From: an archaeon
GTDB taxonomy: Archaea > Iainarchaeota > Iainarchaeia > Iainarchaeales > Iainarchaeaceae
Direction of reading: 5' to 3'
Assembly (NCBI GenBank): GCA_035289485.1
Contig: DATDXA010000062.1
Location: 1-39,855, forward strand
Length of the DNA: 39,855 nucleotides
How positions within the stretch are numbered: position 1 is the stretch's first letter; each line of letters begins with the position of its first letter. The translations under genes were made by a program, and so were the position numbers. This document shows positions 1 to 9,626 of the stretch, piece after piece. The notes under the pieces were generated by a model. The model searched no databases. It was given only the letters and a program-made list of their open reading frames with translations, and had not been told where the DNA came from.

Positions 1-255
1 CACAACGGAGCAGAGGATAATGACATTAAGCAGGCTATCTGACTGTGCGTTGATTGCAATCACAAGAAGGTCGATTGGAAGAGGAAGAAACACGGTCGCG
101 TTTGCGATAATTGAAGCTATGAAAATCCCAAGAAGCCCATACCCTGTTGCAAGCTCGCGCACAAGAGAAGCGTGCGTGAAAATGTAATAAGTGATTGCAA
201 GAAAAATCGTGGCTATAAGGCCGATTTTCAGCTTATCGGAAGTGCGCTCATCCAT
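1..255 (-). CDS. DedA/VTT (YqaA-like) membrane protein, 5' part only (runs off the window)
   Basis: Manual translation from ATG at 255: MDERTSDKLKIGLIATIFLAITYYIFTHASLVRELATGYGLLGIFIASIIANATVFLPLPIDLLV...; the YGLLGIF...NATVFLPLP pattern is typical of DedA/VTT proteins. Not in the ORF track because it is truncated. Confidence 0.7.
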   Translation of the reverse strand, partial: MDERTSDKLKIGLIATIFLAITYYIFTHASLVRELATGYGLLGIFIASIIANATVFLPLPIDLLVIAINAQSDSLLNVIILCSVV

Positions 256-387
256 GGCGAAATAAGGGGTTTCTCGCTTAAAAATAATTTGCATTAGCAG
301 GAATTGGGATTGGATGGCATTTGGCGAAGTCTTTGGCGAGGAACGCCAGGCTTTGGGTTTTTAAGGGTTTAACAATCAAGGTTCTTT

Positions 388-795
388 ATGGAATACGACA
401 AGATGCTAAACAGGCTCTATATGTCACTGCCGGAAAGAACGGTCTCAAAAGAGAGATTTGAGCTTCCGGTGCTTGATAGCAGCGTTCAGGGAAAGAAAAC
501 CATCATAAGGAATTTCTCGCAGGCTCTCAAGGCAGTGAAGCGCGAGGAGAAGCAATTTTACAAATACCTAACAAAAGAAACAGCAACAGCGGCGGTTCTG
601 GATGAGGGCAAACTAACAATGGTAGGAAAATTTTACCCCGACCAATTAGGAAAACTTTTCACAAATTATCTAAATGAATACGTGCTCTGCCACGAGTGCA
701 AAAAGCCGGACACGGAAATAATCGAGCGCAACGGGATAAAGGTTCTAAAGTGCACGGCGTGCGGAGCGCTAAGCCCTCTGAAAAAAATTGGGTGA
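388..795 (+). CDS. eif2b: Translation initiation factor aIF-2 beta subunit
   Basis: YDKMLNRLY..LP...ERFELP, C-terminal zinc ribbon CHECKKPDT...CTACGA. Confidence 0.95.
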   Translation: MEYDKMLNRLYMSLPERTVSKERFELPVLDSSVQGKKTIIRNFSQALKAVKREEKQFYKYLTKETATAAVLDEGKLTMVGKFYPDQLGKLFTNYLNEYVLCHECKKPDTEIIERNGIKVLKCTACGALSPLKKIG

Positions 796-864
796 CACAC
801 CGGCACGGCCAAAAGCGTGAAAATGATTGTTATGCAAATGGAAAATGCAGTGACGGTGTGAGAA

Positions 865-1155
865 GTGTATTGCAAAACGTACGAAACGCAGAACGGAACA
901 GTTCTTGCGGCGTGCGATGAGGAAATAATTGGAAAAAACCTCGTTGAAGGGCAATATGATGTCACAATCGAAACCACATTCTACAAGGGCGAGATTGTAA
1001 AAGAAGAAGAACTTGCGCAAATGCTTTCCGGCGCCGCGAGCATAAACCTCTTTGGCAAAAAAACCGTAAGCGTCGCGCTCAAACAAGGGTTTTTAACGGA
1101 GAAGGACATTATTAGGATTGCAGGCGTTGAGCACGCAGTTATTTTCAAGATGTGA
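865..1155 (+). CDS. DUF424 family protein
   Basis: VLAACDEEIIGK...FYKGE...INLFGKKTV...IAGVEHA; typically neighbours aIF-2beta in archaea. Confidence 0.85.
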   Translation: MYCKTYETQNGTVLAACDEEIIGKNLVEGQYDVTIETTFYKGEIVKEEELAQMLSGAASINLFGKKTVSVALKQGFLTEKDIIRIAGVEHAVIFKM

Positions 1156-1246
1156 AACAACGCAAATGCGCGTTGGGGGCATCAGGTTGCACGGGACTTG
1201 GCTCGCTGCGCTCGCAATAGGAAAAACAGAAAAGACGTGAAAACAA

Positions 1247-1579
1247 ATGGGCAAAAAAGAAGAAGAACAAAAGGCACAGGCATACGAAGACCAGATGCGA
1301 AAGCTTCGCTTGCCGCGCCGCGACAACCTTGAAATGTTCGGGGTTGTAATACAGCTGCATGGCTCGGGGCAAGTGAAAGTGCTCTGCGAGGATGGCCTTG
1401 AGAGGAACTGCAGAATACCCGGAAAAATGAGGAAGAAAACATGGGTAAAGGACCGCGACGTCGTTATAATTAAACTCTGGGATTTCCAGCAATCAAAAGC
1501 CGACATTGTATGGCGCTTTTTGGGAGTGCAATCTGAAAACCTCAAAAGGCGCGGGCTTCTAACAAAGCTGCCGGTTTAA
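1247..1579 (+). CDS. eif1a: Translation initiation factor aIF-1A
   Basis: OB-fold motif VLCEDGLERNCRIPGKMRKKTWVKDRDVVII..WDFQ..KADIVWR. Confidence 0.95.
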   Translation: MGKKEEEQKAQAYEDQMRKLRLPRRDNLEMFGVVIQLHGSGQVKVLCEDGLERNCRIPGKMRKKTWVKDRDVVIIKLWDFQQSKADIVWRFLGVQSENLKRRGLLTKLPV

Positions 1580-1658
1580 TTGAGCAGCATTTTTGCTTTG
1601 TGCATTGCCACGGAGCAAGCAAAACTGATTTTAACCCTCTTGACACATTAATCTGTCA

Positions 1659-2459
1659 ATGGAACCAGACGACTATTTCGATGATGAGGACTTTGAAATC
1701 CTAAAGCGGCGCATAAAGGACGACCGCGACCGCAGGATATTCCAGCAGGTGTTTGATTCCAAAACACTTGATGCGATACAATCACTTGCCCAAAAAGGGC
1801 TCTTTGAAATTGTTGAGCATGTGCTAAGCACGGGAAAAGAGGCGCACGTTTTCATTGCAACAGATGCCGGCGGCAAAAAGCGCGCAGTAAAAATCTTCAT
1901 GATGGAGACCACTCTTTTTGGGAAAATGAACCAGTACATCGTGGGCGACCGCAGGTTTGAGAATTTGCGAAAGGACAAGCGAAACCTTGTGATTGCGTGG
2001 ACGAAAAAAGAATACAAGAACCTGATGATTGCAAACGAAGCGCGCTTGCCGGTTCCTATGCCCCTTGGATTTCGGGAAAATGTGCTGGTGATGGAATTCA
2101 TTGGTGAGGGCGAGCATGCCGCGCCGCGGCTAAAGGACATTGTGCCTTCGCGCGCTGAGCTTTCTGAGTATAAGGAGCAAATAATTGATTTCATGGCGCG
2201 GTTGTACTTGGCAGGGCTCGTGCACGCCGACCTTTCAGAATACAACATCCTTGTAAAGGAAGGGAAATTGTATGTGATTGATTTTGGGCAGGCGCTTTTG
2301 CTCACGCACCCGAAGGCAAAGGAATTTTTCGAGAGGGATGTAAAGAACCTTGCGAACTATTTTACGAGAGCAGGGCTTGAAACGGAGTACAGCGAGCTGT
2401 ATGCCGCGGTGAAGGCGAAAAAAGATGCGCTTGATAAAAAGAAGAAAGCGAAGAAATAA
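1659..2459 (+). CDS. rio1: RIO1-type serine kinase/ATPase
   Basis: STGKEAHVF, AVKIF, LVMEFIG, LVHADLSEYNIL, IDFGQA; conserved aIF1A-rio1-KH synteny. Confidence 0.95.
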   Translation: MEPDDYFDDEDFEILKRRIKDDRDRRIFQQVFDSKTLDAIQSLAQKGLFEIVEHVLSTGKEAHVFIATDAGGKKRAVKIFMMETTLFGKMNQYIVGDRRFENLRKDKRNLVIAWTKKEYKNLMIANEARLPVPMPLGFRENVLVMEFIGEGEHAAPRLKDIVPSRAELSEYKEQIIDFMARLYLAGLVHADLSEYNILVKEGKLYVIDFGQALLLTHPKAKEFFERDVKNLANYFTRAGLETEYSELYAAVKAKKDALDKKKKAKK

Positions 2460-2571
2460 GCAGAATAATTGCCACAAAACCAAAATAATGGCTTAAAACC
2501 GCAAAATAAGCCAAAATAACCCGTTTTCTCACCCACAGCAATTATAATAATATATAGTATTTATTGTGTAA

Positions 2572-3105
2572 ATGGAGGACTCTGAGATACTGCTGGTTCC
2601 GCACGACCGGCTTGGCGCAATAATCGGCAAAAGCGGCTCAACCCGCAAGGAAATCGAATCGCGCACAGGAACGAAAATAACAATTGACAGTGCGGAAGGC
2701 GAAGTTGAAATTACAAGAAAATCAGACCCTCTCGGATACTTCAAGGCTTTAAGGATTGTGAAGGCAATTGCAAGGGGGTTTTCCCCAGAACACGCATACA
2801 GGCTTTTGAACGAGGAATGCATTTTTGAACTTATAGAGCTTCAGGAAGAACTTGGCAAGAATCAAAGCAGAATGAAGGCAAAAAAGGGCAGGGTAATAGG
2901 CGCTCACGGGGCAGCACGCGAAGAAATAGAGGAAGACACAGGAGCCAACATTTCAGTTTACGGAAAAACAATAGGAATCATAGGAAGTGAGGAGGAAGTT
3001 GCAAAGGCAAAAAGGGCAATTGAAATGCTGCTCGGGGGCGCTGCGCACTCGATGGTGTTTAGTTCCCTCCGAAGAAAGCAGCACGGGGAAAAATTCGACC
3101 TCTGA
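2572..3105 (+). CDS. KH-domain pre-rRNA processing protein (Dim2/Pno1/Krr1-like)
   Basis: Two KH GxxG motifs (IIGKSG, RVIGAHG), AIARGFSPEHA. Confidence 0.9.
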   Translation: MEDSEILLVPHDRLGAIIGKSGSTRKEIESRTGTKITIDSAEGEVEITRKSDPLGYFKALRIVKAIARGFSPEHAYRLLNEECIFELIELQEELGKNQSRMKAKKGRVIGAHGAAREEIEEDTGANISVYGKTIGIIGSEEEVAKAKRAIEMLLGGAAHSMVFSSLRRKQHGEKFDL

Positions 3106-3155
3106 AGTTTTAATTTGAATGCAGGATTATTTGATTTTATTTTTGGGTGAAATGA

Positions 3156-4904
3156 GTGGCTGAAGACGAAAAAAAGATTGTGGAAAAGGAAGAAAAAGGC
3201 CCAAGCGCCGAGGACATTGCAAAGGAATTCAAGGAGCACTCGGTTGCGGAGTTCTTCAAAAAGAACATGCAAATGCTTGGCTTAACAGGAAAAATCAAGA
3301 CACTTACAACAATTGTCCACGAATATGTCACGAATTCTTTGGATGCGTGTGAAGAGTCCAAGATACTTCCAGATATTGAAGTGCAGATAAAAGAGCTCGG
3401 AGAGGAGTACTACGAGGTTACGGTAAAGGACAATGGCCCGGGGCTCACGCAGGAAACCGTTGGAAAGGCGCTTGGAAAACTGCTTGCAGGAACAAAGTTT
3501 CACAGGATGATGCAGCTTCGCGGCCAGCAGGGAATAGGCGCCGCGGGATGCACAATGCTCTCGCAGATTACAACAGGAAAGGCAACGAGCGTAATTACCG
3601 GCACAGGAAAAGGAAAGCCTTTCAGCGCGGAAATCACAATCGACCCTAAAAAAAACGAGCCCAAGATTGCGAACTTTACCGAACTCAATAAGGAATTTCA
3701 GGGAACAATTATCAAGGCAAAGTTCAAGGGCGTAAAGTATGTGAACTCGGAGCAGGCGCCGCTTGAGTATTTGCGAAGAACCGCTGTTGCAAACCCGCAC
3801 GCGCAAATAACACTAATAGAGCCGAGCGGCGAGAAAAGTGTTTTCAAAAGAACGCTAAAGGAAATACCCGCGCGCCCGACTGAAATGAAGCCGCACCCTA
3901 AGGGAGCAACGATTGATGACCTTATCACGCTTGCAAAATATGCGGATTCTAAAAAAGTCTCCTCGTTTTTGAAGAACAGCTTTGATAGGTTCGGAGACAA
4001 GGCAGTTGAGGAAGTCGGAAAAGGGATTTCCTTTGACATAAACAAGGACCCAAAGCAGCTCACTTGGGATGAGGCAGAGGAAGTAATAAAGCAGTTCAAG
4101 AAAATCACATTCATTGCCCCGCGCACGGATGGGCTTATCCCGATTGGAGAGGACAGGATTGCAAAAAGCCTAAAGAGCATTGTAAACCCCGAGTTCCTCT
4201 CGGTGATAACAAGAAAGCCATCAGTATACAAGGGCGGATTCCCATTCCAGATTGAAGTTGGAATCGCCTACGGCGGAAACGCCGGGAGAATGGGAGACAC
4301 AAATGAAGAAGGCCAGCAGCAGAGAAGAATTGAAATAATGAGGTTTGCAAACAGGGCGCCGCTGCTCTTTGACACAGGCGGATGTGCAATTTCAAAGGCC
4401 GTGCAGAGCATCGACTGGAAAAGGTACGGAATGAAAGATTATGAAAATGCGCCGCTTACTATTTTTGTGAACCTGATTTCTGTGCATATACCATACACGG
4501 GCGCAGGAAAGCAGGCAATTAGCGATGAGGACGAAATTATGGAAGAGCTCCGACTTGCGCTCATGGAAACCGGAAGGAAAATTTACACATACATCGGCCA
4601 CCAGAGAAGGGCAGCGGAGAAGGAAGCAAAGAGGAAAATGTTTTACAAATATGCAACTGAAGTCGCATCGGGCGTTGCGGACCTTACGGGAAAGGCCAAA
4701 AAAGATGTTGAAACAAAGCTGCATGCGCTTGTTCTAAAGCACCTCAAGATGGAGGAGCAGAAAGAGAAGGAAATGGATGAGAAGGGCGAAATACCTGAAG
4801 ATGAAATAGAGAAGGATTATGAAAAGAGAAAGGCGAAGGAGAAAAAAGAGACCGATAAGAAGGCTAAGAAAAAGGGCGGCAACGCGGAAGGCGAGGGTGA
4901 ATAA
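3156..4904 (+). CDS. top6B: DNA topoisomerase VI subunit B
   Basis: GHKL motifs HEYVTNSLDACE, DNGPG, RGQQGIG; RFANRAPL; charged C-terminal tail. Confidence 0.96.
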   Translation: MAEDEKKIVEKEEKGPSAEDIAKEFKEHSVAEFFKKNMQMLGLTGKIKTLTTIVHEYVTNSLDACEESKILPDIEVQIKELGEEYYEVTVKDNGPGLTQETVGKALGKLLAGTKFHRMMQLRGQQGIGAAGCTMLSQITTGKATSVITGTGKGKPFSAEITIDPKKNEPKIANFTELNKEFQGTIIKAKFKGVKYVNSEQAPLEYLRRTAVANPHAQITLIEPSGEKSVFKRTLKEIPARPTEMKPHPKGATIDDLITLAKYADSKKVSSFLKNSFDRFGDKAVEEVGKGISFDINKDPKQLTWDEAEEVIKQFKKITFIAPRTDGLIPIGEDRIAKSLKSIVNPEFLSVITRKPSVYKGGFPFQIEVGIAYGGNAGRMGDTNEEGQQQRRIEIMRFANRAPLLFDTGGCAISKAVQSIDWKRYGMKDYENAPLTIFVNLISVHIPYTGAGKQAISDEDEIMEELRLALMETGRKIYTYIGHQRRAAEKEAKRKMFYKYATEVASGVADLTGKAKKDVETKLHALVLKHLKMEEQKEKEMDEKGEIPEDEIEKDYEKRKAKEKKETDKKAKKKGGNAEGEGE

Positions 4905-4906
4905 GC

Positions 4907-7612
4907 ATGGGAGATAAGGAAGTCATCAAAAAGCTTGAAAACATAGGGGAAGTCCTGCTAAAGCAGATTGAGAAAAGCGAGAGCCCAAGCTATGAAGTGC
5001 CGGTTAGAAACCTCAACAACATTTTCTTTGACAAGAAAACCGGAACGATTAAGCTCGGGGACAAGATGAGCGAGAGGCAGTTCCTCAATATCGCGCACAG
5101 CAGAAAATTCATGCAAACCGTGCTCGTTGCCGCCGAAATTAAAAAAGTCATAGAATCCAAGGCCACTGTGAGCATCAGGGATTTGTACTACGCGCTAAAG
5201 CACACAATCGAAGGGACTAACGAAAACACCTTTGAAGAGCAGGGCGAGAGCATAACCCCAAATGAAACAGTTCTTGTGAGGATGAATGGCGAACTGAAGC
5301 TGACAACGGCAGATGAAGTTGTGCAATTTGCCCTCAAGAATGGAACCGTGGAAATTGACGAGCCCGGAAGAAAAATAATTTCGGTAAAGGGGATAAAGGT
5401 CGCAGGGTTTGATGAAAAACAGAAAATAAGGGAATTCGAAAGCCAATACATAATTGTGCACCCGCCAAACGAAACAGTGAAAATAACAACAAGTGCGGGA
5501 AGGACTGTAAAGGTAACAAAGTCACACAGCATTTTCACTGCAAATGATGGAAAGCCCGTTTCGGCATTCGCAAAAGACCTCAAGGTCGGGGATTACATTG
5601 CACTCCCGAGGAGAATTGAAATTTTGGAAAACAAAGAGCCAATAAACCTCATCTACTCAATAATAAAAAATGCGCCTGAACAAAAAATCAAAAATGTATA
5701 TTTGAAGGCCGATGCAAAGACAATAAATGAAATTTTGTCAAGGATAGGGAAGGAAAAATTAAGGGAAGCCATAGGCAAAATGGGTTTCAAAAACTCCTGG
5801 AGCGATGTTGCGGCCAACTGGAAGCACTGGAAAACCCTGCCAATCGGATTAATAAAGGAGACAAATCCGAACGTCACTGACCTGCTTGAAAATATTGTGA
5901 TATCCGGGAAGGGCGGAAGAAATTGTTACAAGCCGATTGTGCAAAAAGACAGAAGCCTAGGGGTAGTATTGGGCTCATTGCTAAGTGAAGGATGTCTTGA
6001 AACGGTTGAGAGGAAAAGGCCGGAAAAAAGAATCTCAATAAGCAACAAATCAAAAGAATTCCTTGCAGAGTTTACACGGGCGTTTGAGGCATCCTTTGGG
6101 GAATGCTCTTCAAAAAAGCCGCTTGCACGCAAAGATGGCACATTCATAATTAATGTAGGGTACGACACCTTGGAAAAAATACTCGAATATGGAATCGGCC
6201 TCAAATTTGAAAAGGCATGGGACAAGGAAGTGCCTAATGCAATGCTTGACGCCCCTGCCGAATGTATACAGGCATTCCTTTACAGTTTTAGGAAAGGGGA
6301 TGGAAGCAGGGGGGCAAGGTTTGAGATACGGTATCATACTACAAGCGAAAAGCTTGTGAACGCAATAACGTTCCTTCTCCTGCGGCAAGGGCTATTCCCA
6401 AATATTTATGAATACAAGAAAAAAGCGCCATCACATATGGCATATGAAGTAAGGGTCGGCAATAGGGATTATTCAAAGGAACTTTCAAAAACTACCGGCG
6501 ACTATGACATCATGTTTGAAAAGCTAACGGCACAGTCCAGCGACAGGATACCGGGAATAGCCGGCATCATTGAAAATGCAAGAGAAACCATAACTCTTGA
6601 CGGGCATGCGCACAAAACGCTCAATTTCAATCAAATTAAGGGCAATAAGGGCACAAGCAGGCCGATGCTCTCAAAAATAATCAAGGCATTCGGCTCTGAC
6701 TCCAATTCATACACGGAGCAATTGCAGGAAATACTGCAATCCGATATCTACTGGGACAAAATAAAATCAATAGAACCTTCGGAAGTTCCTGAATACACAA
6801 TGGATTTCACCGTAAGGCCGGTACAGAATTTTATAGGCGGAAGGGGCATGATGCTTTTGCATAATTCGGACCCCTGCATTGAAGACATCGAGGCTTCACT
6901 TGATTTGCTGCGCGAAGAGCTGCACCTTGCGGCATCCGCGAAAGGAATAATTGCAGGAGATGTGCAACTGCGCGATGGCAAAGACAGCATTGATCTTTCA
7001 AAAATGGGCTCAGGCGGCTGGAGCGTTCCATCAAATGTCGAGCCAGAGCAGATTGAATTCAAGAAAGTGAAGGCAAAATACGTGCTCTTCATTGAAAAGG
7101 ATGCAGTGTGGAGAAGGTTTAACGAGGACCAGTTCTGGAAAGAAAACGGCTGCATAATACTTACAGGCAGGGGCCAGCCAGGAAGAGGAGAGAGAAGGCT
7201 TGCGCAAAGGCTCAACAAGGAATTCGGTCTTCCGCTATATGTTCTGTGCGATGCCGACCCTTGGGGAATGTACATTTACTCGGTTATAAAGCAGGGCTCG
7301 ATTTCACTCTCATACTCAGAAGAGAAGCTTGCAACCCCGCAGGCAAAATTCATCGGGCTTACAACAAGAGATGTAGAAACTTACAAAATCCCAAAAGAAG
7401 TCACAATCAAATTAAATGCACTTGACTCAAAAAGGCTTAAGGAAATGGAAAGCTATGAGTGGTTCCAGAAGAAGGAGTGGAAAGAGGAATTCGCAAACAT
7501 GAAGGAGAAGGCATACAAGCTCGAGCTTGAAGCTCTTTCAAAGAAGGGAATCAGGTTCATAACTGAAGAATATGTCCCGCGCAAAATCAAGGAAGAGGAC
7601 TTTTTGCCTTAA
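4907..7612 (+). CDS. top6A: DNA topoisomerase VI subunit A precursor, interrupted by an intein (spliced product ~362 aa)
   Basis: SIRDLYY catalytic Tyr region, TOPRIM IEKDA and DADPWG, ELEAL; 901 aa is far longer than the usual ~360-390 aa. Confidence 0.95.
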   Translation: MGDKEVIKKLENIGEVLLKQIEKSESPSYEVPVRNLNNIFFDKKTGTIKLGDKMSERQFLNIAHSRKFMQTVLVAAEIKKVIESKATVSIRDLYYALKHTIEGTNENTFEEQGESITPNETVLVRMNGELKLTTADEVVQFALKNGTVEIDEPGRKIISVKGIKVAGFDEKQKIREFESQYIIVHPPNETVKITTSAGRTVKVTKSHSIFTANDGKPVSAFAKDLKVGDYIALPRRIEILENKEPINLIYSIIKNAPEQKIKNVYLKADAKTINEILSRIGKEKLREAIGKMGFKNSWSDVAANWKHWKTLPIGLIKETNPNVTDLLENIVISGKGGRNCYKPIVQKDRSLGVVLGSLLSEGCLETVERKRPEKRISISNKSKEFLAEFTRAFEASFGECSSKKPLARKDGTFIINVGYDTLEKILEYGIGLKFEKAWDKEVPNAMLDAPAECIQAFLYSFRKGDGSRGARFEIRYHTTSEKLVNAITFLLLRQGLFPNIYEYKKKAPSHMAYEVRVGNRDYSKELSKTTGDYDIMFEKLTAQSSDRIPGIAGIIENARETITLDGHAHKTLNFNQIKGNKGTSRPMLSKIIKAFGSDSNSYTEQLQEILQSDIYWDKIKSIEPSEVPEYTMDFTVRPVQNFIGGRGMMLLHNSDPCIEDIEASLDLLREELHLAASAKGIIAGDVQLRDGKDSIDLSKMGSGGWSVPSNVEPEQIEFKKVKAKYVLFIEKDAVWRRFNEDQFWKENGCIILTGRGQPGRGERRLAQRLNKEFGLPLYVLCDADPWGMYIYSVIKQGSISLSYSEEKLATPQAKFIGLTTRDVETYKIPKEVTIKLNALDSKRLKEMESYEWFQKKEWKEEFANMKEKAYKLELEALSKKGIRFITEEYVPRKIKEEDFLP
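5249..6865 (+). mobile_element. Class 1 intein (539 aa) with LAGLIDADG homing endonuclease in Top6A
   Basis: Begins SITPNETVLVR (block A), VTKSHSIF (block B TxxH), LGSLLSEG and FLYSFRKGDGS (LAGLIDADG blocks), YTMDFTV..NFIGG...LLHN followed by Ser; removal restores EQGE|SDPCIEDIE. Confidence 0.93.
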
Positions 7613-7619
7613 TGAATTT

Positions 7620-8108
7620 TCATTTCAGGCCAACCGAAGGTTGCCGCCGTAACGCCGGAGGCTTCCTGTGAGGAAAAGGGCTTTTTGCCGTGAAATCTTT
7701 TAACATTTGGATTTTTCCCAAAACAAAGCCCGCGGCAATAACAATAAAAAGCACCAAAAAATCCCTTCCAAAATCTGCGATGCTATAAAGCGCGCTTGGA
7801 TGCGAAAATGTAAGCCAGTAGCCCAAATTGTGCAGGAAAACCGCTATGAAAACGATTTTTGAAAGGCGCAAAATATCAAAACCTTTCATCAAAAACCCGT
7901 ACACAAGTGCAAGAATTGCAATTGCAATATGTGCAAGCGTGTGAAATGCATAATCCAAAAGGATTGCCTGCTGCGGGAAAGAGCCGGAATTAAAAACGCC
8001 CACAGCCCCATGGCCGAATAAGAGGAAAAAAATTGCGCACTTTGCCCAAATTATTATCTGAAGGGAAATATAGGATAGTTCCGTTTTTGACAATTTGGCG
8101 GCAAGCAT
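7620..8108 (-). CDS. Hypothetical multi-pass membrane protein with intramembrane His residues
   Basis: About 4 hydrophobic segments, HTLAH and FLHN motifs; upstream TATA-like TTTTTAA. Confidence 0.6.
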   Translation of the reverse strand: MLAAKLSKTELSYISLQIIIWAKCAIFFLLFGHGAVGVFNSGSFPQQAILLDYAFHTLAHIAIAILALVYGFLMKGFDILRLSKIVFIAVFLHNLGYWLTFSHPSALYSIADFGRDFLVLFIVIAAGFVLGKIQMLKDFTAKSPFPHRKPPALRRQPSVGLK

Positions 8109-8168
8109 TCATACTAGAAAAGTTAATAATCATTAAAAAGCTTTAACAAAAAAAGGCATTAATCCAAT

Positions 8169-9155
8169 CTATTTTTTCTTGAACGGCCACAGATTCAGGT
8201 AATGGTCCTCATCAAACATTATGAGCACCTCAAGGCCGCTGATTGCGCCCCCGAAGAGATTTTTTAGCTCCGAGAGCTCTTTTTCAAACTCCACATGGCT
8301 TTCGACTTCGAGCACCAGTTCGAAATTCCAGTTGCCAACGGTTTCTGCGGCAAGCCAAATTCTTGGGTTTTCCTGCGCGTATGAAAAAAGCCTCTTACGG
8401 AGCGCGCTATCCATCTTGTTAAGGCTTAGAAGAAGGCGGTAGCTCTGAATGCCGTACTGCTGGACCTTCACCACAGTATCATATGTCTGGATTATCCCTC
8501 TTTCCTCAAGCCTTTTTATCCGAAAAGAAATTGTCGCCGCCGGCTTTGCGAGCACGGAGGAGATTTCTGATATGGGCATTCTCGCATTTGTTGAAATTGC
8601 GGAAAGTATTTCGCTGTCCATGGAATCTATTTGTTCGATGGCAGGCTCCTGCCCGAAAAAGAAGCTCGGCTCAGCCCTTGTCTTTTCATCTGCGAGCAGA
8701 TAATTGCGCGTGTGCTGGCGCAACTCCGACCTTATAGCAATCGCGGTTTCGGACAGTGACTCGCTGTACTCGTTCTTGAAATCGTAATAGAGCCTGTTGA
8801 ATTCAACAATGGTCCTGCACATGAGGCCAAAAGATAGGTCAAAGCGCCCGCCACAGAGCCCTATCCAGTACACTTGCGGGAACTCCTTGAGCTTTCGGAT
8901 TATCTCATCCTTCTGCTTTGCGGAAATTCCCTCGAATCTGCAGAAGACGCCAAAGCCCGTATAGCCAAGCCTTGAAAAATTCACAACCGTGTTATAGCCT
9001 GTGATAACTCCATTGCTCTCAAGCCGCTTGGTGCGATAGAGCACCGCTTCCTTTGAGAGCTTCACTTTTTTGGAGAGTTCCTTAAGCGAAGCCTTCGCAT
9101 TAAGGTCGAGTTCCAAAAGAAGCCTCTTGTCCTTCAAATCAAGCTCAAATGCCAT
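8169..9155 (-). CDS. Lrp/AsnC family transcriptional regulator with two tandem wHTH+RAM units
   Basis: LDLKDKRLLLELDLNAKASLKELSKKV...KRLESNGVI and a second IDSMDSEILSAISTNARMPISEIS...IKRLEERGII. Confidence 0.9.
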   Translation of the reverse strand: MAFELDLKDKRLLLELDLNAKASLKELSKKVKLSKEAVLYRTKRLESNGVITGYNTVVNFSRLGYTGFGVFCRFEGISAKQKDEIIRKLKEFPQVYWIGLCGGRFDLSFGLMCRTIVEFNRLYYDFKNEYSESLSETAIAIRSELRQHTRNYLLADEKTRAEPSFFFGQEPAIEQIDSMDSEILSAISTNARMPISEISSVLAKPAATISFRIKRLEERGIIQTYDTVVKVQQYGIQSYRLLLSLNKMDSALRKRLFSYAQENPRIWLAAETVGNWNFELVLEVESHVEFEKELSELKNLFGGAISGLEVLIMFDEDHYLNLWPFKKK

Positions 9156-9262
9156 CAGTTATCTATCAACAACTTACTACTTAAATATTGTTATTTTTGC
9201 AATAATTTGCTAAAAACTTAAATAAACAACAACAAGGGCTTCTTTGTATCGGGGCTAAAAAA

Positions 9263-9622
9263 ATGGTGTTTTTTGAGGCAATTACGGCGGCGCTGAACCT
9301 TGATGCGGGGTTTTTCATACGCATTGCAATGAACAACCTGCTCTGGGTTTTCATTTTCGCGACCGTGAATCAGGTGCTCTTTAAGGGAAAAGACCTTTTC
9401 AGAAACACCGCCCTCTTTTCGCTTTATATATGGGCATTCCGCGACTTTCTCCCACTATGGGGGCTTGAAGGGTTCATTGCAGGGCCGGTAATTTTCTTTG
9501 TGTTCATGGCACTGATGCAGATATTCGTGCTTGACCCGAAAGTGTTCGGAAAGCACACGGCACTTGCGGATGTTGCGGGATTTTACGGAATTATTTTCTT
9601 CATTAATTTTTTCGCGAGGTGA
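9263..9622 (+). CDS. Hypothetical membrane protein, divergent from the Lrp regulator
   Basis: 119 aa, very hydrophobic (3-4 TM). Confidence 0.7.
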   Translation: MVFFEAITAALNLDAGFFIRIAMNNLLWVFIFATVNQVLFKGKDLFRNTALFSLYIWAFRDFLPLWGLEGFIAGPVIFFVFMALMQIFVLDPKVFGKHTALADVAGFYGIIFFINFFAR

Positions 9623-9626
9623 AAGA

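Noticed and set aside
696..920. 74-aa ORF overlapping aIF-2beta and DUF424
   Set aside because: Out-of-frame overlap with two well-supported genes and no recognisable motif.
2461..2520. Short repeated units as a possible CRISPR array
   Set aside because: Units are under 12 bp, degenerate and lack unique 30-40 bp spacers; no cas genes in the window.
7621..7696. Possible SRP RNA or RNase P fragment
   Set aside because: Too short, and no SRP helix-8 or RNase P P4 consensus could be identified.
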